Positions 16,521 through 25,798 of a stretch of DNA of 54,249 nt are shown one piece after another. The translations under genes and the position numbers were made by a program. Within the stretch, counting starts at the first letter, position 1. Every line of letters begins with the position of its first letter. The notes under the pieces are model-generated. The model saw only the letters and a program-made list of their open reading frames with translations. It ran no database searches and was not told where the DNA came from. Origin of the DNA: a virus (lineage: Duplodnaviria; Caudoviricetes); IMG/VR virus record IMGVR_UViG_3300010398_000013, positions 1 through 54,249 of that record. The stretch is one strand, 5' to 3'.

Positions 16521-17341
16521 CCCAACTCCCGTCCAAAGTCGAATACCACGACATCAACGGCGAGGAAGCGCTGGAGATCCTGCACACGCGCTTCTGGGAT
16601 TTTATCCGGACCCTGCCCGAACTGGAGCGCCGCTTCGCCTTAACCCGTCTCATCTTGCGGCTGGAAATCACGCTGGATATCTACGGGGCGGCCAAGCAAG
16701 TCCATCCGCACTACTTTGAAGCCGTGGCTTCGGAAACGCCACCGCCGGAGTGGGAATCCGTCGGAGAGCACCACCAGGCCGATATCGTGGTGGACAGCCG
16801 CAGCAACGCCCCCGACGAGATCCGCGAAATGCACGGTTTGCCCTTGCCGGAGGCGCGGCGGCAGGCGATGGGTTTTCACGAAACCGTCTATGCCTCGCCC
16901 GTCGCCGAAGCCCGATTCCAGCGTCCGCCCCCGCTGCGTCCGGCCGCGCTGCTGCCGGCCAATCAAGCGAATCCGAACGCGAAGGAAGTCGGCAAGCGCT
17001 CCTACGCTGCCTGGATTGAGCAGGACTACGGCTCGTTGCAGCAGGGCGAGCGCACGGTGGAGGAAGCCCCGGTGGTGGGCGGTCCGAAAATCGTCGAATC
17101 CGGCGGCACCGCTTCCGGCGGTCACGCGCCGGTGCAGCCCGATTTCCGGGCGGCCGATCATCGCCAGGGGATGAGCGAAGCGAAAGGCCGCGACATTTTC
17201 CGTGACGCCCTGGAGCGGGGCCAGGCCATCGATGGCGAACAATCCGAAATGCCGAAGCCGCCGCCGCCACCGCCCTTGCCCAAGCCCAATCCGCCGCCCA
17301 AACCCGGGCCTCGACCGCCGAGGCCGCCGAGGCCACGATGA
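16517..17341 (+). CDS. Hypothetical protein with Pro-rich C-tail
   Basis: ATGA-coupled start MTQLPSK. Confidence 0.65.
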   Translation: MTQLPSKVEYHDINGEEALEILHTRFWDFIRTLPELERRFALTRLILRLEITLDIYGAAKQVHPHYFEAVASETPPPEWESVGEHHQADIVVDSRSNAPDEIREMHGLPLPEARRQAMGFHETVYASPVAEARFQRPPPLRPAALLPANQANPNAKEVGKRSYAAWIEQDYGSLQQGERTVEEAPVVGGPKIVESGGTASGGHAPVQPDFRAADHRQGMSEAKGRDIFRDALERGQAIDGEQSEMPKPPPPPPLPKPNPPPKPGPRPPRPPRPR

Positions 17342-17787
17342 CGTTAAAGGTGGTGTACCACAATCCCAACGCCTCGGGCGGCAATATCTACTTCCTCCAA
17401 GAGGTGCGCAAGTACATGACCAAAAATCGCGAGTTGCACATCTGGCTGAAGGATTCGCCCGAGCCCGAGCCGATCATCTTTGCCGTCGGTCAATGGATCT
17501 GTGCCGAGCCTCAAACCGTGGTCCAGCCCACCAGCGCCAACGGCCATCGCCGCCGGCAGTCGACTTTAAGCGATTTGACCTACCCGACGCCCGAAGCGCA
17601 CCAAGAGCGCCAGAATGCCCTGGCGGAATTCGCCGTCGGCAATCAAGTGGTCCCGTGGTCGGATCGGCATATGCAGGCCGTGCTCGAGTACGAAAAGCTG
17701 ATGGAGTCCGAATACGGTCCGGATGCTGTGAAAGAACTGCCCTGGAATAAGGTCGTTGCCCGGGCCAGCGATGGGCGGAGGCCTTAA
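17338..17787 (+). CDS. Hypothetical protein
   Basis: ATGA coupling, 149 aa. Confidence 0.6.
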   Translation: MTLKVVYHNPNASGGNIYFLQEVRKYMTKNRELHIWLKDSPEPEPIIFAVGQWICAEPQTVVQPTSANGHRRRQSTLSDLTYPTPEAHQERQNALAEFAVGNQVVPWSDRHMQAVLEYEKLMESEYGPDAVKELPWNKVVARASDGRRP

Positions 17788-18411
17788 ATGCCACGTCGTC
17801 CGACCGCCCGCGAACGCCAGGCCTTGAAAGCGCGGAAGGCCTCCAGGTCGTTCGCCAACGGTCTGGGCGCTCAACTCAAAATTCCGAAGACGCCGCTGGT
17901 CCTGGCGTTCCAGCACCTGGATCCGAACTGGCGCGCCTATTTGTACTATGTCGACCAGGCCGCCCAGGATGGGGACGCCGATATGCAGAAATTGGTCGAC
18001 ACGTTCAAAAAGATGACCCGCTACGAGCAGGATCATTATCTGTCTCCGGAATGGCTCTGCGAACATGCGGGCGTCGCGCCGCGGACGCTGTTGAAAGCGA
18101 TTGTCCCGTTTTTATACGACCACGGCCATTTCGAACACACCATTGTGCAATCGATTTACCGTCCCAAGGTCTACATCCACACGGCCAAACAAGCGCTGCG
18201 CTCCGGAGCGGACGGTTTCAAAGACCGCGAACTGTTTTTGAAAACGACCGGGGATGTCCCCATCCCGCGCCACCAGACGACGAATATCCAGGCGGTCGGC
18301 GGCACCCATTCCTTGATCGGCAAGCGCTCGCCCATCGCCGCCCTCCCCTCTCCCGGTGAGGAGATCATGGAATTGGAACTCGCCGATACCCTCGACGCCG
18401 ACGGCAGTTAA
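17788..18411 (+). CDS. Putative terminase small subunit
   Basis: Position upstream of TerL; HTH-like SPEWLCEHAGVAP and GFKDRELFL..TG; flexible C-tail. Confidence 0.45.
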   Translation: MPRRPTARERQALKARKASRSFANGLGAQLKIPKTPLVLAFQHLDPNWRAYLYYVDQAAQDGDADMQKLVDTFKKMTRYEQDHYLSPEWLCEHAGVAPRTLLKAIVPFLYDHGHFEHTIVQSIYRPKVYIHTAKQALRSGADGFKDRELFLKTTGDVPIPRHQTTNIQAVGGTHSLIGKRSPIAALPSPGEEIMELELADTLDADGS

Positions 18412-18426
18412 GGTAAACTCGAGCTC

Positions 18427-18678
18427 GTGAGCTACACCCTCCGTTACGCCTTCTTCGACAACTGGATCGTCTGGCGCGCCTATGACGGGAACGGGAATCC
18501 CGTGGATGAGCGGCCGGGCTCGCTCCTCGCCATCACGGTGAAAGACGCGCGCTCCGACTGCAAGCGCTGCGCGGGCACGGGTCTCATGTCGGGCTTTATG
18601 ATCTGCTACTGCGGCCTCCGCATCCGCTCCAATTGTGGCTCCGCGGACCATCATCATGTACCACCACCAGGTTATTGA
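18427..18678 (+). CDS. Small CxxCxGxG zinc-finger protein
   Basis: CKRCAGTG....CYC; TAAACT 7 nt upstream of GTG. Confidence 0.45.
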   Translation: MSYTLRYAFFDNWIVWRAYDGNGNPVDERPGSLLAITVKDARSDCKRCAGTGLMSGFMICYCGLRIRSNCGSADHHHVPPPGY

Positions 18679-20854
18679 CGAGCGCATCCAGAAGGTGATC
18701 GAGCGCAACCGGGAGCGTGCCAAACAAGTCTCCGCCGAGGAGCGCGCCCGCATCTACCCGCTGAAGCCGCCGGTCTACCATACCCGTTCGGAAGTCGAAT
18801 CCGGCCTCGGCCACCTGAAAACGCTCTGGCTCGAGGAGGAGCAGCGCTGGTCCCGGGCCCTCTTGGCCGAAGAGACGGAGTTCATCCGCAACTCGCGCTT
18901 CCTCTGCCGCTACGACTTCCATTACTGGAAAACCCGCTTCGTCTGGATCAAGGATCGCTCGGACCGCATCGTCCGCTATACCCCGTGGGTGTCTCAGCGC
19001 ATCTTGAACGACATCTATGCCGAAAACGAATACGAAGGCATTGGCATTGAACTGCAGTCGTTGAAAGCACGCCAGCTGGGGATCTCGCGCGAAGTCTCCT
19101 TGACCCAGCTGCACCGCGTGCAATTCTATTCGCACATCAATGCCGTGCTGGCGTCCTCGACTCCGGACAAAAGCGGCAAACTGGCCGACATGATGGAGAT
19201 CGTCATCCGCTACCAGCCGCCGTGGCTGGTGCCCGGCTTCACGGGCGGTCCCCGGGACGCGGCCAAGAAGCAGGGCGGGGAGTGGTTTGAATTCGACACG
19301 GGAGCGGCTGTGACCCTGCAGTCCGGCTCTCAAGTCTCGGGTATCGCCCGCGGCACGACGCCGACGGTGGTGCACATTTCCGAATTGGCGGAATTCGAGT
19401 ACCAGGGTCTCGGTCCGGAGGAACTGATCGATTCCTCGCTCTTTCGCGCGGTGCATCCGGACGCCCGTGTGTTCATGGTCCTGGAATCGACCGCTCTGGG
19501 CATGAACAACTGGTGGCACAAAACCTGGCTGAACTCGAAATCGGGCTGGCCCCAACGGCGCTCGCGCTTACGCCCGGTCTTTCTGCCGTGGTTCATCGGC
19601 TCTCCCGAGCACGGCTATGTCTATCCCGAGCCCGGGTTCATCAAACAATCGCCCGTGCCGGCTGACTACATTCCGGCCCATTGGGCCGAAGAGCACGCCA
19701 AACGGGCTCAACATTTTGTCCAGTCCAATGATTTACTGCGTAAGTATATGGGCGCGAACTGGCAAATGCCCAAAGAGCAGATCTGGTTCTATGAAGTCGA
19801 ACGCCAGCAAGCCATCAATAAAAACGCCTTGAACAAATTCTTCCAGGAGATGCCCAGCAGTGACGACGAGGCCTTTCAGTCCACCAACATCTCCATCTTT
19901 TCGACCGATACCATCGTCGCTCACCGCGACCGCATCCGCGCCCCCTTGGGCGTCTATGGCTTAGCGGGTCCCGACATGTCGCCGCGCACCATGCTGTACA
20001 GCCGCTCTCAGATCGAGCCCGCCAAAGCGATCGTCGATATCCACTACGAGTGGGGCCGCCAGCCCCGTCACTATCAATTGATCCCCCTGCGCTGGCAGGG
20101 CTACGCGACCGACGACGGACTCGATAAGATCTACATCTGGGAATGGCCCGAAGATGGCCACATCTACGGCGTGGGCGGGGATACCGCCGACGGCATCGGC
20201 AAAGACCGCTCGGTGCTGGAAGTGCTGCGTAAAGGCACACCCTATCAAACCGCACGCCAATGTGCGGAATTTGCCTCCGACAAGCTCAACGCCTTGGATT
20301 TAACGCCGTATGCGATGGCCTTATCGGCCTTATATTCGGTGCGCACCACGGAGGATTACGGCGGCTTCCGGCGCCAGTGCCGAACCGCGATTGAATGTAA
20401 GGGGAAGGGGGATCTGACGCAGTTGGGTATGCGTTTGGACGGCTGGTCGAATTTCCATCCCTGGATACGGCCCGACAACAAACGTCTGGATGTCAGCCAT
20501 TACCATAAAATCGGCATCTTCACCAACGAATGGTTTCGTCAATCCATTCAGGAGTACCTGACCAAAATGCTGAGAGATATGGAAGTGGAACTCTCCAGTC
20601 CGTATTTAGTCAATGAAATGCAGTCGCTGGAGGCCGACAGCGTGTCGCAGTCGTTTCATACGGCCTATGGCGGCCACGACGACCGCGTCATGTCTCTGGG
20701 CTTCATCATCATTTCGCTGTATCAGTGGGAGCCGAACCGCCCGGTGGCGACCGCGCCACCGAGCGCCCAGCAATTGGCGGATGCCGAAATGACACCCCGG
20801 GCGTATGCACGGTATACTCCGTCTTCTCAAGAACGTCCGTTGGAAGAACTGTAA
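18656..20854 (+). CDS. terL: Terminase large subunit
   Basis: LKARQLGIS, VHISELA Walker B, ESTA coupling motif, GGDTADG.G.DRS and HDDRVM nuclease motifs. Confidence 0.93.
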   Translation: MYHHQVIDERIQKVIERNRERAKQVSAEERARIYPLKPPVYHTRSEVESGLGHLKTLWLEEEQRWSRALLAEETEFIRNSRFLCRYDFHYWKTRFVWIKDRSDRIVRYTPWVSQRILNDIYAENEYEGIGIELQSLKARQLGISREVSLTQLHRVQFYSHINAVLASSTPDKSGKLADMMEIVIRYQPPWLVPGFTGGPRDAAKKQGGEWFEFDTGAAVTLQSGSQVSGIARGTTPTVVHISELAEFEYQGLGPEELIDSSLFRAVHPDARVFMVLESTALGMNNWWHKTWLNSKSGWPQRRSRLRPVFLPWFIGSPEHGYVYPEPGFIKQSPVPADYIPAHWAEEHAKRAQHFVQSNDLLRKYMGANWQMPKEQIWFYEVERQQAINKNALNKFFQEMPSSDDEAFQSTNISIFSTDTIVAHRDRIRAPLGVYGLAGPDMSPRTMLYSRSQIEPAKAIVDIHYEWGRQPRHYQLIPLRWQGYATDDGLDKIYIWEWPEDGHIYGVGGDTADGIGKDRSVLEVLRKGTPYQTARQCAEFASDKLNALDLTPYAMALSALYSVRTTEDYGGFRRQCRTAIECKGKGDLTQLGMRLDGWSNFHPWIRPDNKRLDVSHYHKIGIFTNEWFRQSIQEYLTKMLRDMEVELSSPYLVNEMQSLEADSVSQSFHTAYGGHDDRVMSLGFIIISLYQWEPNRPVATAPPSAQQLADAEMTPRAYARYTPSSQERPLEEL

Positions 20855-20857
20855 ATC

Positions 20858-22561
20858 ATGCAGCATATCCAAGGCTTCGTCGAAGAAGGCAATGTCCAGG
20901 TCGGTATCGGCGGTAGCAGCGTGAATCTGGCCACTCTGGGCCAGCCCATCGATACGCAGCAGTCGTTTCCCGGGGCATTGGTCACTGTCTTCAACGCCGG
21001 GACGACCACCCTGGCGACGATTCAGGCGGATAAGCTGGGGACGCCGAAACCCAACCCGTTCTTTGCGGATGCGTTTGGCTACTGGTCCTTCTACTCCGGC
21101 GGCGGCAACTTCGATGTCCAGTTCTCGGGTGTGGCGGGGCTGCAGACACCCTTTACGCTGACCGATATGACCATCCCCGGCAGTGTGGCCATTGGCGCGG
21201 GAGTGGCAGGAGCCAGCTCGGGATCGGTGCTGTTCGTGGACGCTTCCGGGAATCTGGCCCAGGACAATCCGAACTTCTTCTGGGATACGGGAACGCACAG
21301 CCTGCGCGTCGCCAGCCCAACGTTTGCCACTCCTGCATCGCACGGTTTATACATGCATAACGCGCTGGTGTTCGATAACCAGGCTGCAGCGGGCGGCGGT
21401 ATATCTCAGTTTGACTCGTCAGGCTCCAGACAGGGCATTCTCTGGCTGGACGGCGCAAACCCCGATGTTCTCCATATCCGTAATAATCAGCGAGGGGTCG
21501 GTGGCGCGATCAGCCTAGAGTCCGAAGGCGGCGGTAATATTTCGGTCTGGATCGATGCTCAAGGGCGCGCTGGCATTAATGTGATTCCCAATGACCGGCT
21601 CCAGGTGTTCGGCAATGTGACGGTCGCTGGAGTGGCCGGTGCCGGATTTTATCTTTACAACGTGGGGGATGCAGCCGCGACGAATAAGGAGTACATAAGC
21701 CTTATCACCGCGTCGGGACCGGTATTCTCTTTGCAATCGACCGCAGCTGGGACAGGCGTGGTGCGGGATATGGCGATCCAGACCGGAACCACGCCGGGAA
21801 CGGGCCTGTATTTCAGGGCATCGACGTCGACTGTGGGCATCGGCACCACCAATCCTCCGGTCAAGCTCACGGTGTCGAATGCCGGAGCGGAAGGCTTGGA
21901 AGTCAATCCTACGGGCGGAAATGTGAGCCTTCAGGCCTACAACCGGAGCGGGGTCGCCTATGCGCCGATGCTGCTCTCGGCATCGGTGCACCACATCCAG
22001 ATCGCGGGGACCGACGCGATGTTCATCAACGCGAGCAGTAACGTGGGTATCGGGACCGGAAACCCGCCGGTGAAACTGACGGTATCGAATGCGGGGGCGG
22101 AGGGGATGGAGGTGAACCCGACGGGAGGCAATGTCACCCTCCAAGCCTACAACCGCTCGACGTTTGCCTATGCACCGCTGCTGCTTTCCGGATCGAATGT
22201 TCGTTTCCAGGTTGCGGGAACGGATGCGATGGATGTGGATGTCAACAGCAACGTCATTGTACTGAATCGGCTCCAGACGGCTGTCGCCTATGGTGTAACT
22301 GCTGCAGCGACGATTACTCTTCCTAATAATGGAAATGTGTTCGTGATCAATGGAAATACGGCCATTTCCAATATTGCACTCACGAACTGGCAGGTGGGCT
22401 CGATCATCGTCCTGGTGTTTACGGGCACGCCCACACTGAACGAAGCGGCGGGAGGGTCCGGTCAGATTTTAATGAGAACGGGTGCCAATCTGGTAGTGGT
22501 AGCCGGGACCACGCATACGTTTGTACTCGTCAATGCGACATCCTGGTATCAGGTGAACTAA
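20858..22561 (+). CDS. Tail fibre protein
   Basis: N-terminal anchor (T.LATI.AD..GTP..NPF.AD..G.WSFY), VGIGT.NP repeats. Confidence 0.8.
   Translation: MQHIQGFVEEGNVQVGIGGSSVNLATLGQPIDTQQSFPGALVTVFNAGTTTLATIQADKLGTPKPNPFFADAFGYWSFYSGGGNFDVQFSGVAGLQTPFTLTDMTIPGSVAIGAGVAGASSGSVLFVDASGNLAQDNPNFFWDTGTHSLRVASPTFATPASHGLYMHNALVFDNQAAAGGGISQFDSSGSRQGILWLDGANPDVLHIRNNQRGVGGAISLESEGGGNISVWIDAQGRAGINVIPNDRLQVFGNVTVAGVAGAGFYLYNVGDAAATNKEYISLITASGPVFSLQSTAAGTGVVRDMAIQTGTTPGTGLYFRASTSTVGIGTTNPPVKLTVSNAGAEGLEVNPTGGNVSLQAYNRSGVAYAPMLLSASVHHIQIAGTDAMFINASSNVGIGTGNPPVKLTVSNAGAEGMEVNPTGGNVTLQAYNRSTFAYAPLLLSGSNVRFQVAGTDAMDVDVNSNVIVLNRLQTAVAYGVTAAATITLPNNGNVFVINGNTAISNIALTNWQVGSIIVLVFTGTPTLNEAAGGSGQILMRTGANLVVVAGTTHTFVLVNATSWYQVN
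21833..22252 (+). repeat. Tandem 210-bp (70 aa) intragenic duplication in tail fibre
   Basis: VGIGT.NPPVKLTVSNAGAEG.EVNPTGGNV.LQAYNRS..AYAP.LLS...Q.AGTDAM occurs twice. Confidence 0.9.
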
Positions 22562-22698
22562 TGGAACTGACAACTGAAGAGAAAGCCTTCCTAACCAATC
22601 TGCTCCAGCAGGTCAATATCCGGCCTGCGCAACCGGATGCGGAGCAAGTGGTGACTCTGGTGAAGTCGATCCTTATCAAACTGGACGGGAATAAATAG
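22561..22698 (+). CDS. 45-aa protein, possible fibre chaperone
   Basis: TAATG coupling; MELTTEEKAFLTNLLQQVNIRP... Confidence 0.6.
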   Translation: MELTTEEKAFLTNLLQQVNIRPAQPDAEQVVTLVKSILIKLDGNK

Positions 22699-22701
22699 GA
22701 C

Positions 22702-24951
22702 ATGGGCAAGCTTCAAGGTTGGGTCGAACAAGGTGGCGCGTTGGTGGTCGGTGGCAGTGTCACGATCCCGCCAGCCGTTCCGCCCACCAAGATTTCACAA
22801 CTCCTGGGTCCGGCGGTGGTCAGTGCCTGTGATTTTCCCGGAGCCGATGCCGGGCAGAGGATTGCCGCAGCGGCAGCCGGTCTTCCCACTTCAGGAGGAA
22901 CAATCGATGCTCGCTGTCTGACAGGAGGCCAAGTATTCAGTTCCGACCCGTTTGCCGGGATGAATGTCCGTGGGCCGATCACGGTCGTGATGGCCGCCGC
23001 GACATTCACGTCGAATGTGAATCTCAGTGTACCGGTCAATGTGAACCTGATGATGCTTCAGGGCGCGATCATCTCGATGAACACCGGGACGACGCTGACG
23101 ATCCACGGGGGTATGGTGGCGAGTTCCGTCACCACGCACTTCCTTGGAACCGGATCGGTGGTGTTCGCCTCGGCATTCCTCGCCGCCGTGTATCCGCAGT
23201 GGTGGGGTGCCGGACAAGGCATGGGGGATACGGCGGCGATCCAGGCGGCGGTGAATTCCCTCGTCACGACCGGCGGGGTCGTCTATTTCCCGAGTGGGCT
23301 GTACACGATCACGGGCACGATTCTCGTATCGAGTGTACAACCGATTCATCTCTTGGGCGATATGGGTGGCACGATTGCCGTCCCTTCCGCCACCAAAGCG
23401 GCACTCGTGCTGGGAGCGACGATCAGCGGGCCGATGATTCGCTACACGGCGACCGATCCCGCGAATCGCGGTACCACCTCGGGAGGGGGCCGGATTCAGG
23501 GTTTGGTCTTTGTCGATCTGACCAATCGCGGTTTCAGCTGCACGGCGGTGCTGGATCTGCACGATTGTGGTGTGTCCCTTCTAACCAATTGTGTCTTCCA
23601 GTGGATCAAAGGATCGGCGATTCTGGGGGAAAACCTCGTCCAGTCTGAGATTTCGAGCAACGTCATTCGGTATTGTGGGGATACCGGCCTTCCTGCTGTG
23701 AATCTTCCATCCACCACTTTCCCGTTTGTGGCGCAGTCGTTGCGGATTGCCGGGAACCGCATCGAGGTCAATTACAGTGCGCCCTATCTGCAGCTCGGAG
23801 CCAACGCGATTGATGTCAGCGTGATGGATAACCGATTTGAAGCCGATGACACCGGAACCCCGGCGAGTAATCAACTCTTTCTGACCTTAAGTGCGAGTGC
23901 GATTCGCGTGATCGGTAATAGTTTTAACCGGAACACGGGACAGTTGGTGGCCATCGGTGGACGGAATAATGTGGTTCAAGGAAATAGCTTCCGGGGTAAC
24001 GCCTATCCCACGACCAGCATGGAAGTGTCCGGGTCGAATAACGTGGTTTCCGGAAATACGTTTGTCTCCAGCCGGACCGGCATCGAGGTGCTGTTGTCGG
24101 GATTATCGAATTCCTTTACCGGCAACACCATGTTTACGTCGGGCTCGATCAAATCGATTCAGGTCGGTAACGTGATTGCCAATAATACGTTGGTCCAACT
24201 CACCGCGACCTCGGCCAATCTCGGGGTGGGCGAGGATTTCTGGATCGATGCCTCGAGCGCGGCGTCCTACAACGCGATAACGGGCAACCTGTTGGACAAT
24301 AACGGGGGGACGATCACCAATGTCGGCGCGATCCGTTCGGCGGCGGCGGGCTCGACCCTCACGGGCAATGTGACGCGCAGTTTTATGGGGACGGGCAGTG
24401 GCGCGATTGGTGTCAAGCTCGATGCCAATCTTCAAACCTTCACCGGCAATCAATCGGATTCCCCGTTCTCGACCACCTTTACCAATTCGGCGATCGGTGA
24501 CAATGTCATGAGCGGCGTGATCGGTCTGCAGATGCCCAATAACGTGGCGATCACCGGGACCAATGCGGCTAGCACGGCGCAGATTCCCATCGTGTCGGTG
24601 AGCTCGGGCAACACGATTCAGGTGGATGCCCAAAGCCACGGAACGGTATTTGGGGGACGTGTCCAGGAGTTTGAGGGTACGCCTGTGGCTTCCGCTTCGC
24701 TCGTGACCTTGGGTCAGGGCAATCTCTTCCAAATCACGGGAGCGACCACCATCAACAATATCGACCAGACGGGGTGGCAGTCCGGTTCGATGATCACCCT
24801 CTTCATCGGTAGCGGCACCACGCTGACACTGGCTCACGCCCAGGCGGGAAGTGGGGCGCTCTATAACCGCAGCGGCGCCAATCTCACCGTCACTGGACCC
24901 GTCACGGTCACCTATATCCAGGCGGGCACCTTTTGGGTTCAGGTGAACTAG
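22702..24951 (+). CDS. Tailspike with right-handed beta-helix (pectate-lyase-like depolymerase)
   Basis: PQWWGA...DTAAIQAAVN....GGVVYFPSGLY; many GN.F Asn-ladder repeats. Confidence 0.85.
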   Translation: MGKLQGWVEQGGALVVGGSVTIPPAVPPTKISQLLGPAVVSACDFPGADAGQRIAAAAAGLPTSGGTIDARCLTGGQVFSSDPFAGMNVRGPITVVMAAATFTSNVNLSVPVNVNLMMLQGAIISMNTGTTLTIHGGMVASSVTTHFLGTGSVVFASAFLAAVYPQWWGAGQGMGDTAAIQAAVNSLVTTGGVVYFPSGLYTITGTILVSSVQPIHLLGDMGGTIAVPSATKAALVLGATISGPMIRYTATDPANRGTTSGGGRIQGLVFVDLTNRGFSCTAVLDLHDCGVSLLTNCVFQWIKGSAILGENLVQSEISSNVIRYCGDTGLPAVNLPSTTFPFVAQSLRIAGNRIEVNYSAPYLQLGANAIDVSVMDNRFEADDTGTPASNQLFLTLSASAIRVIGNSFNRNTGQLVAIGGRNNVVQGNSFRGNAYPTTSMEVSGSNNVVSGNTFVSSRTGIEVLLSGLSNSFTGNTMFTSGSIKSIQVGNVIANNTLVQLTATSANLGVGEDFWIDASSAASYNAITGNLLDNNGGTITNVGAIRSAAAGSTLTGNVTRSFMGTGSGAIGVKLDANLQTFTGNQSDSPFSTTFTNSAIGDNVMSGVIGLQMPNNVAITGTNAASTAQIPIVSVSSGNTIQVDAQSHGTVFGGRVQEFEGTPVASASLVTLGQGNLFQITGATTINNIDQTGWQSGSMITLFIGSGTTLTLAHAQAGSGALYNRSGANLTVTGPVTVTYIQAGTFWVQVN

Positions 24952-24999
24952 ATGGCGGTTCAACTCTTCGCCCCACCCACTAGAGTCCAGGGCCGCTGA
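24952..24999 (+). pseudogene. 15-codon remnant duplicating the start of the next tailspike gene
   Basis: MAVQLFAPPTRVQGR* vs MAIQLIAPPTRVQGS, 12/15 aa identical. Confidence 0.7.
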
Positions 25000-25000
25000 T

Positions 25001-25798
25001 ATGGCGATTCAGTTGATTGCTCCACCCACTCGCGTACAAGGTTCGTTCCCGCTTGCGACCGTCACGGTGTATCTGGCCACAACGACAACTCTGGCAACCA
25101 TCTTTTCGGATAATCTCGGCACGGCTCTGGGTAATCCCTTCACCGCGCAGGCCGATGGGACATGGCAGTTCTGGGCCGCCAACGGTCTTTACGATGTTCA
25201 ATTCTCGGGCGGCGGCATCCCGACGCCCTTCACGATTTATGCTTTGGGCGATGGGGGAATCTCCCAATTGCTGGGTCCGGCGTATATTAATGTCTGTGAT
25301 TTCCCCGGCCCCGGCGTGGCCAATCAAATCATTCAGGCCGAAGCCGCGCTGCCGGTATCGGGTGGGACGATCGACTGTCGCTGTTTGACCGGAACGCAAG
25401 CGTTGACCGCCGACCCCTTTACCGGGATGACGAAGCCGACCAACCTGATCTTCGGTGGAGTGACTTTCATTGTAAGTGTCAGTTTGACGCTTCCGAACAA
25501 TATTAACCTGACCCTGCTGCCGGGCGCGACCTTCTCGATGAATGCGGGGCTGACCATGGATATCCAGTGCGCCATGGACGGCTCATCCATCACGCCGCAC
25601 TTTGCCGGGGCCGGTGTCGTGCAGCTGATTACCTCCAATCTGATCCCGTGGGTCTTTCCCCAGTGGTGGGGATTCACGACAGCGGCATCTGGAGCAGCGG
25701 TTGCGTCGGCATTTCGAGCGGCGGAAGGTTTTCATCCGGTGCGCTTACCGCATGGTATTTATACAATTACGTCCAGTCTTGTATTTGGGTCGGGCTAA
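25001..25798 (+). CDS. Tailspike N-terminal anchor/neck protein (stops at start of beta-helix)
   Basis: Shares anchor with 20858 protein and ISQLLGPA...PQWWG neck with 22702 protein. Confidence 0.75.
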   Translation: MAIQLIAPPTRVQGSFPLATVTVYLATTTTLATIFSDNLGTALGNPFTAQADGTWQFWAANGLYDVQFSGGGIPTPFTIYALGDGGISQLLGPAYINVCDFPGPGVANQIIQAEAALPVSGGTIDCRCLTGTQALTADPFTGMTKPTNLIFGGVTFIVSVSLTLPNNINLTLLPGATFSMNAGLTMDIQCAMDGSSITPHFAGAGVVQLITSNLIPWVFPQWWGFTTAASGAAVASAFRAAEGFHPVRLPHGIYTITSSLVFGSG

